Assembly (NCBI GenBank): GCA_028278955.1
Contig: JAPYOC010000101.1
Location: forward strand, 1 to 49,551
Direction of reading: 5' to 3'
DNA from: Candidatus Poriferisocius aerobius
Lineage (GTDB): Bacteria; Actinomycetota; Acidimicrobiia; Acidimicrobiales; Bin134
Length of the DNA stretch: 49,551 nt
In this document: positions 44,114-49,551 of the stretch, piece by piece
Position numbering within the stretch: the first letter of the stretch is position 1
Layout: each line of letters opens with the position of its first letter
The notes under the pieces: generated by a model
What the model saw: the letters and a program-made list of their open reading frames with translations, nothing else
Database searches by the model: none
What the model was told of the DNA's origin: nothing
Translations under genes and position numbers: made by a program

Positions 44114-46165
44114 ATGATTATGAAGAAGTCTTGGAAAGTTTGGCTTGTGCTGTTTGCGGTATTCGCCCTAGTGGTCGCAGCCTGTGGCAACGACGACGAT
44201 GATCTGGGAACCGCGCCGGCGTCTGGTGGCACCCCGGCGGCTGACGACACCACATCTGATGGGCCTACGCCTGAGTCTGGGGAAATGGCTTTGCCCGGTG
44301 AGGGCAGCTCGGTGTCAATGGCTCGGGCGAACTGGTCTGAGGGCTATATGCAAGCGGCGATCTATCGTGCGTTATTGCAGGAGCTGGGCTATGAGGTGTC
44401 CGATCCCGCAGAGCAGACGCTGCAGCCCGCGGTGTTCTACCCGGCGTTGGGCGAGGGCCAGTTCGATTTGTGGGCAAACGGGTGGTTTCCGATCCACGCC
44501 ACGCTGATCGAGAATGCCGGCCTGTCTGATGTTGTGCAGCCCATCGGGAGCCAGATATCCGCGGGGGCGTTGCAAGGGTTCATTGTGGACAAGGCGACTG
44601 CTGAGGCCAACGGGATCACCAAGCTAGATGACATTGGTGACAACCCGGAGATCGCAGCGCTGTTTGACGTCGACGGGAATGGCAAGGCCGACCTGATGGG
44701 CTGCGACGATGGCTGGGGCTGCTATGTGGTGGTTGAAGACACCATCGCCCAGAACGGCTGGGAGGACACCATTGAGCAGGTGTCAGCGACGCACGCAGCG
44801 CTCTTTGCCGATTCGTTGGGCCGGTATCAGCGCGGCGAGCCGATTTTGCAGTATGTGTGGACGCCGGCCACGTTCACGGCCAAGCTCGTTCCAGGAGAGG
44901 ATGTGATCTGGCTGTCGTTGGACAACCCGCTCCCTGATCAGGCGGGCGCGGTGGATCTTCCCGCTGAGCAGTGTCCCGGCCAGCCCTGTCAGATGGGGTT
45001 CGTCCCCGCTGACATACGGGCGGTGGCCCGCAACGATTTCTTGGTCGCCAACCCGGCGGCGGCCAAGCTGCTCGAGCTGATCGCGATCCCGACGGTCGAC
45101 GTGCTGCTGTACGCGCTGGACTACGAAGGCGGTGCCAACAGCGAAGCCGACGTGCGTGACGCAGCCGCCCAATGGATCGCCGCCAACCGCGCCACTATCG
45201 ACGGGTGGCTCGACGAAGCCCGCAACGCGAGCGGCTTCACTCCCGCTCTTGCTCCAGAGCCGGAGGACACGGCGCCGTTCCGCGTCGCGGTAGTGGCCCC
45301 GAGTGCGAGCAACGACCTGGCCTTCACCCAGAGCATGTTCGACGCGGTGAACATCCTCTTGGACTCCGGGCAGATCTCGGAGTTCGCCATCACCGACGGC
45401 ACGTTCATCGTGGAGGACGCGGCCGCAGCCATTCGGGGCTATGCCGAGGACGGCTATGACCTGGTGATCGCCCACGGTTCTCAGTACGGCGGCCCGCTCG
45501 AGGAGATTGCCCCGGACTTTCCCGACGTATCGTTCGCCTGGGGCACCGCGGTCGACACCTTCGGGCTTCCCAACGTGAACTCCTATTCGGTTCGCTCCGA
45601 CCTCGGCGGCTATGTCAACGGCGTGGTCGCGGCACAGCTCACTGAGAGCGGCGTGCTCGGCGTGGTCGGCCCGATCGAGGTGGGCGACGCCAAGCTCTAC
45701 GTCGACGGGTTCGCTGCCGGTGCCACGGCTCAGAATCCCGACGTGGAGGTCAACGTCGTCTACACCGGTTCGTTCTCCGACGTAGCGCTGGCCGCCGAAG
45801 CTGCCCAATCTCACATCTCCGCCGGTGCTGATGTGCTGACCGGTTCGGCCCAGATGGTGGTGGGCGCCACCGGAGTGGCCCAGGAGAACGATGTGCTGTG
45901 GTTCGGAACCCAGTCCAACCAAACTGCTCTCGGAGAGGACATCGTGGTGGCCTCGCAGGTGTACCGCTGGGAAGCTGTGCTCTCAGAGGTTGTCGAGGAG
46001 GTCAAGGCCGGCACCTTGGGGGGCACGACCTTCATCATGACCTTTGAAGACGGAGGACTGGAGATCCAGTTCAACGAAGCTATGAGCCTTCCCGCCGATG
46101 TTCGAGCCTCAGCTGAGGCCACCATCGCCGGTCTGGCCGACGGGTCGATCTCCACCGGGCAATAG
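44114..46165 (+). CDS. Fused substrate-binding lipoprotein: ProX-like domain plus BMP/PnrA-family domain
   Basis: Lipobox VVAAC; ProX-like ANGWFP, DGNGKADLMGCDDGWGC, YVWTP, NPAAAKLLE; short linker; BMP-like SNDLAFTQSM, GYDLVIAHGSQYG, GFAAGA...NPDVEV, GSFSDV, GADVL. Confidence 0.88.
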   Translation: MIMKKSWKVWLVLFAVFALVVAACGNDDDDLGTAPASGGTPAADDTTSDGPTPESGEMALPGEGSSVSMARANWSEGYMQAAIYRALLQELGYEVSDPAEQTLQPAVFYPALGEGQFDLWANGWFPIHATLIENAGLSDVVQPIGSQISAGALQGFIVDKATAEANGITKLDDIGDNPEIAALFDVDGNGKADLMGCDDGWGCYVVVEDTIAQNGWEDTIEQVSATHAALFADSLGRYQRGEPILQYVWTPATFTAKLVPGEDVIWLSLDNPLPDQAGAVDLPAEQCPGQPCQMGFVPADIRAVARNDFLVANPAAAKLLELIAIPTVDVLLYALDYEGGANSEADVRDAAAQWIAANRATIDGWLDEARNASGFTPALAPEPEDTAPFRVAVVAPSASNDLAFTQSMFDAVNILLDSGQISEFAITDGTFIVEDAAAAIRGYAEDGYDLVIAHGSQYGGPLEEIAPDFPDVSFAWGTAVDTFGLPNVNSYSVRSDLGGYVNGVVAAQLTESGVLGVVGPIEVGDAKLYVDGFAAGATAQNPDVEVNVVYTGSFSDVALAAEAAQSHISAGADVLTGSAQMVVGATGVAQENDVLWFGTQSNQTALGEDIVVASQVYRWEAVLSEVVEEVKAGTLGGTTFIMTFEDGGLEIQFNEAMSLPADVRASAEATIAGLADGSISTGQ

Positions 46166-46187
46166 CCCCCCGGCAGAAAAGCTGCAC

Positions 46188-47756
46188 ATGGGCTCTGACT
46201 CGGCCGTGCCGATGCTGGAGATGCGCGGCATCACCAAGCGTTTCCCCGGCGTCGTGGCCAACGAAGACGTCGATTTCACGGTGCTGCCCGGTCAGGTTCA
46301 CACCCTTTTGGGCGAGAACGGGGCCGGCAAGAGCACGCTGGTGAAGATCCTCTATGGGCTCTACCAGCCCGACGAGGGGTCGATCGCCTTCGACGGCGTT
46401 CCGGTGAGCATCGACTCTCCGTCGAAGGCGATTCAGACTGGCATCGGCATGATCCACCAGCACTTCATGCTGGTGGACACCCTGACCGTGGCCGAGAACG
46501 TGGCGTTGGGGCTGGGCAAACCGCTCAGCCTTACCAAGCTCGCGCCGATTCGCCGCCGCATCCGAGAGGTTTCTGAGGAGTTTGGCCTGCACGTCGACCC
46601 CGATGCCTACGTCTGGCAGATGGCAGTGGGGGAGCGGCAGCGGGCTGAGATCGTCAAAGTGCTGTACCGAAACGTGAAGCTGCTGGTGCTGGACGAGCCC
46701 ACTGCGGTGCTGACCCCGCCTGAAGTCGCCGACCTCTTCGCCACCCTCCGCCAGTTAACCGCAGACGGAAAAGGTCTGGTGTTCATCTCCCACAAACTGA
46801 ACGAGGTGATGGAGATCTCCGACGAGATCACCGTGTTGCGCGACGGAAGAGTCTCGGGGCGCACCACTCCTGCGGCGTCCCGACGGGAGTCTTTGGCCAT
46901 GATGATGGTGGGTCGTCCGGTGGAGTTCACCCGCATCCTGGCCGAACAGGAACCAGGCCCTCCCAAATTGGAGGTGGCCGGCCTGCGGGTTCGCGGCGAC
47001 CGCGGGGAGTTGGCAGTGCGCGATGTGGACATCGACGTGCGGGCGGGCGAGATCGTGGGCGTGGTGGGCGTGTCGGGCAACGGGCAGCGAGAGTTGGCCG
47101 AGGCCATCGTGGGGTTGCGGGCGATCGAGTCGGGCGAGGTCTGTGTCAACGGCTGTCCAGTGAGCAGCCCCACTCCCAAGCGGGCGCGGTCGATGGGCTT
47201 GGCCTATGTGCCCGAGGAGCGCATGAAGTACGGCAGCATCGGAGACTTCACCGTGGCGGAGAACTTGATCTTGGTGGAGTACGACCAGCAGCCGTACGCG
47301 CGACACGGAGTATTGAGCCTCAATTCCATCGAGACCCGTGGCGAGCAGTTGATCGACGATTACTCGATTCGCACTCCGAACACCAGAACCCTCACCCGGA
47401 AGCTGTCGGGGGGCAACATCCAGAAAGTGGTGATCGCCCGAGAGTTCAGCGGCAATGCCGAGATGCTGCTGGTGGCCCAGCCCACTCGGGGGGTCGACAT
47501 CGGTGCCGCCGAGTACATCCACGAGCAGTTGCTGGCCCAGCGCTTGCAGGGCAAGGCCATCTTGTTGATCAGCGAGGACTTGGATGAGGTGATGGCGCTC
47601 TCAGATCGGATGGTGGTGATGTATGAGGGGGCGGTGATGGGCCGAGTGGCCCGGGCTGACGCCTCCGTCGAGCAGGTGGGTCTGTTGATGAGCGGGGTGG
47701 GCGAGCCCGAAGAAGCGTCGGTAGCGAGCTGGGCCGATCAAGTGAAACGGCAGTAG
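46188..47756 (+). CDS. Double-NBD ABC ATP-binding protein (nucleoside/simple-sugar type)
   Basis: ITKRFPGVVAN, LLGENGAGKSTL, IHQHFML, LDEPTAVLT, GVSGNGQ, LSGGNIQK, QPTRGVDIGA, ISEDLDE. Confidence 0.93.
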   Translation: MGSDSAVPMLEMRGITKRFPGVVANEDVDFTVLPGQVHTLLGENGAGKSTLVKILYGLYQPDEGSIAFDGVPVSIDSPSKAIQTGIGMIHQHFMLVDTLTVAENVALGLGKPLSLTKLAPIRRRIREVSEEFGLHVDPDAYVWQMAVGERQRAEIVKVLYRNVKLLVLDEPTAVLTPPEVADLFATLRQLTADGKGLVFISHKLNEVMEISDEITVLRDGRVSGRTTPAASRRESLAMMMVGRPVEFTRILAEQEPGPPKLEVAGLRVRGDRGELAVRDVDIDVRAGEIVGVVGVSGNGQRELAEAIVGLRAIESGEVCVNGCPVSSPTPKRARSMGLAYVPEERMKYGSIGDFTVAENLILVEYDQQPYARHGVLSLNSIETRGEQLIDDYSIRTPNTRTLTRKLSGGNIQKVVIAREFSGNAEMLLVAQPTRGVDIGAAEYIHEQLLAQRLQGKAILLISEDLDEVMALSDRMVVMYEGAVMGRVARADASVEQVGLLMSGVGEPEEASVASWADQVKRQ

Positions 47757-47757
47757 G

Positions 47758-49476
47758 CTAAAACCTCTTTTGGGAGGTGTCTGAGTACCTGGTGGGCTCC
47801 CCCGCCTTCAAAGCGGGTGGGACGGGCGATCCCCGTCCGGCGGGTTCGATTCCCGTCCACCTCCGCTCGCTGGCGGCCGTTTGCTCCGACAGAGGAGTGA
47901 CGGCGAAGAGCGAAGGCGAACCTTGGGTTGCGGCCCACTGCTGCAAGAGTTGATCAGCAACTCGGGCGATTTCTGTGGCATCTGGATTCAGGCCGACGTT
48001 CGCGAGAGCAGTCTGAGCATCCCTTTCCAAGCTGGCCTGATCGTGGCGAAAAACGGCAGCGAGATCGATGCGTTGCAGCAGTTTCTTCGTCACTGGCCGC
48101 TTGGCATCGGCAAACAGCAACGACTTGAGGAGCAAGGCCGTAGCTTCACTCGTCAGCGCACTGAGAAGAATTGCCGCTTCGGTTGCTGATCGGCAGGGCA
48201 GAAAATACGACGTGTCGTCGAACAGGACGGGTTGGCCTTCGCTCGGACCTACAAGCTGGAACCTAGGGGTCTTGTGGAACCCCGAGACGGCGACCTTCCA
48301 GGGCGCGAATGTGTAGGGCCCGATGCCGAACATCGAAAAAGCCGGTCGGTTTCGATATATTGACGACTTGCGGGCGGCGAATAGTTCTCTGTGGACCTGT
48401 AAATAGTTCCAGAGTCTAGGTGCTGCGTAATAAAGGTTTCTTGTTTGATCGGTCAGCGACCGTTGAGTGACTACGACCCAACGTTTTGGATGCCGGCCGG
48501 CGTTGACGTCTGAAGCCTTGAGAAGTGGGTAGATCCAATCGTTTTCGATATCAACGACCTCACCGAGAGCATTGTAGAGTTTTCCATCCTCGTCAGAGCG
48601 AAGTTCCATGACAGATGCCAAGTCGTGTTTGACGCCTTGTCGCCATTCTACTGGTGACAGGCCGTCAAACTGTCGAGACACTTTGTGCGCATCCATATCT
48701 GCAACGAGAGCACCCTCTACCAATCCCATAGTGCTGGTTGGAAAATTCTCCTCTAGTGATTCAAATATCTGGCACCGGTAATTGCGGCTACTGCTGTCGA
48801 GCCGAATAGCAAAGAGGCAGGCATCGACTGCCACCCCGAACGATTTCTTGGCATCGATGCGCCACAAGAACGATTCAGCCACATGCAATTCCAGATGGGC
48901 TGCCAGGGCGAGCACCCGACGCGCAACGGAGGTTTTGCAAAGCAGGGCTACGGTCGGCTCTTCTCGCTGCAACTCCGTGAGGAGTCGCATCCAGATATAC
49001 TCGGCTACATCAAAGTTCGACTCGCCCGTCAGCGCGTCAATACCGCGGATAGATCGCATATTCGTGCGGTCGGGAATCTGGCTTGAGCCCATAGCGCCGA
49101 GTTCGGCCACCGTGACCCATGGAGGATTGCCGAGGACCAGCAGAGGGCCTTCCACCTCCCACTTGAGCGTGCCCAGGTCGTGCTGGAACATATCGCCCAC
49201 CTCGATTCGCCAGAAGACGTTCTCGGCGCTAAAGCGGGTAAGGAGACGGCGGGCGACATCGGCGTGTGTTGGCTGGATCTCCACTCCCAGCATTTCGACG
49301 CATGGCTCGAGAACAGAAGCCGCAGCGAGCATAAAGCTGCCCTCTCCACATGTCGGCTCTAGTACACGACGCGTTCTTGGCTGAATTGTTGTCAGCACTT
49401 GAGCACACTTGACGGCAAGCTCTCGAGGCGTCTGGAAGTCGCCGAGTTCCTTATGAGAGAAGCTCTTGGACACCAT
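47758..49476 (-). CDS. N6-adenine DNA methyltransferase (gamma-class motif order, restriction-modification type)
   Basis: GDFQTP, LEPTCGEGSF (motif I), GVEI, GNPPW (motif IV), C-terminal TRD-like region. The last approx. 40 codons run antisense through tRNA-Sec. Confidence 0.88.
   Translation of the reverse strand: MVSKSFSHKELGDFQTPRELAVKCAQVLTTIQPRTRRVLEPTCGEGSFMLAAASVLEPCVEMLGVEIQPTHADVARRLLTRFSAENVFWRIEVGDMFQHDLGTLKWEVEGPLLVLGNPPWVTVAELGAMGSSQIPDRTNMRSIRGIDALTGESNFDVAEYIWMRLLTELQREEPTVALLCKTSVARRVLALAAHLELHVAESFLWRIDAKKSFGVAVDACLFAIRLDSSSRNYRCQIFESLEENFPTSTMGLVEGALVADMDAHKVSRQFDGLSPVEWRQGVKHDLASVMELRSDEDGKLYNALGEVVDIENDWIYPLLKASDVNAGRHPKRWVVVTQRSLTDQTRNLYYAAPRLWNYLQVHRELFAARKSSIYRNRPAFSMFGIGPYTFAPWKVAVSGFHKTPRFQLVGPSEGQPVLFDDTSYFLPCRSATEAAILLSALTSEATALLLKSLLFADAKRPVTKKLLQRIDLAAVFRHDQASLERDAQTALANVGLNPDATEIARVADQLLQQWAATQGSPSLFAVTPLSEQTAASERRWTGIEPAGRGSPVPPALKAGEPTRYSDTSQKRF
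47773..47865 (+). tRNA. selC: tRNA-Sec (anticodon TCA)
   Basis: GGAGGTG/CACCTCC-G acceptor stem, CCCGC-CT-TCA-AA-GCGGG anticodon arm (TCA at 47808-47810), long variable arm with GGACGGG/CCCGTCC, GGCGGG-TTCGATT-CCCGTC T arm; 93 nt; CCA not encoded. Confidence 0.93.
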
Positions 49477-49551
49477 CGAAAAAGAAGCCGGGGCTGGTTT
49501 GCGGTGCCAGCGGCGTTGGCCCAGCTGTGGCGGGGGGAGGCGGGGTTGAGG

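Overview
High-GC actinobacterial chromosome segment spanning the replication origin. Gene content suggests class Acidimicrobiia, which is an inference from protein sequence and synteny. From left to right: (1) 1-10.6 kb, minus strand: partial Rossmann-fold oxidoreductase, a small ORF, tRNA-Ile, DUF3566, an orphan TadE-like gene, gyrA, gyrB, dciA, recF, dnaN, oriC and dnaA. (2) 10.9-16.3 kb, plus strand: rpmH-rnpA-yidD-yidC-jag-rsmG, two parS sites, parA-parB. (3) 16.3-19 kb, minus strand: cwlM-like gene, trxA, trxB, small membrane protein. (4) 19-28.3 kb: a ten-gene Tad/Flp pilus-like operon ending in a 1054-aa membrane-anchored LysM + SARP/BTAD protein. (5) 28.4-33.5 kb: hpt, tilS, zinc metalloprotease, small membrane protein, anti-sigma/sigma pair of the RsrA-SigR type, acyl-CoA dehydrogenase. 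(6) 33.5-40.7 kb: methyltransferase, two cytochromes P450 flanking an Fe(III)-binding lipoprotein, a Baeyer-Villiger monooxygenase and a rhomboid-like protein. (7) 40.8-47.8 kb: a hybrid ABC locus with ProV, an extended ProW, a ProX-BMP double binding-protein fusion and a nucleoside/sugar-type ATPase with no adjacent permease. (8) tRNA-Sec, overlapped antisense by the 3' end of an adenine DNA methyltransferase gene. The main oddities are the Tad + LysM/BTAD system, the ProX-BMP hybrid transporter, an in-frame deletion of about 78 aa in dnaN, a deep AT-rich valley over dnaA, and an rnpA gene that appears to need a CTG start. All calls come from reading motifs by eye; no database searches were run.
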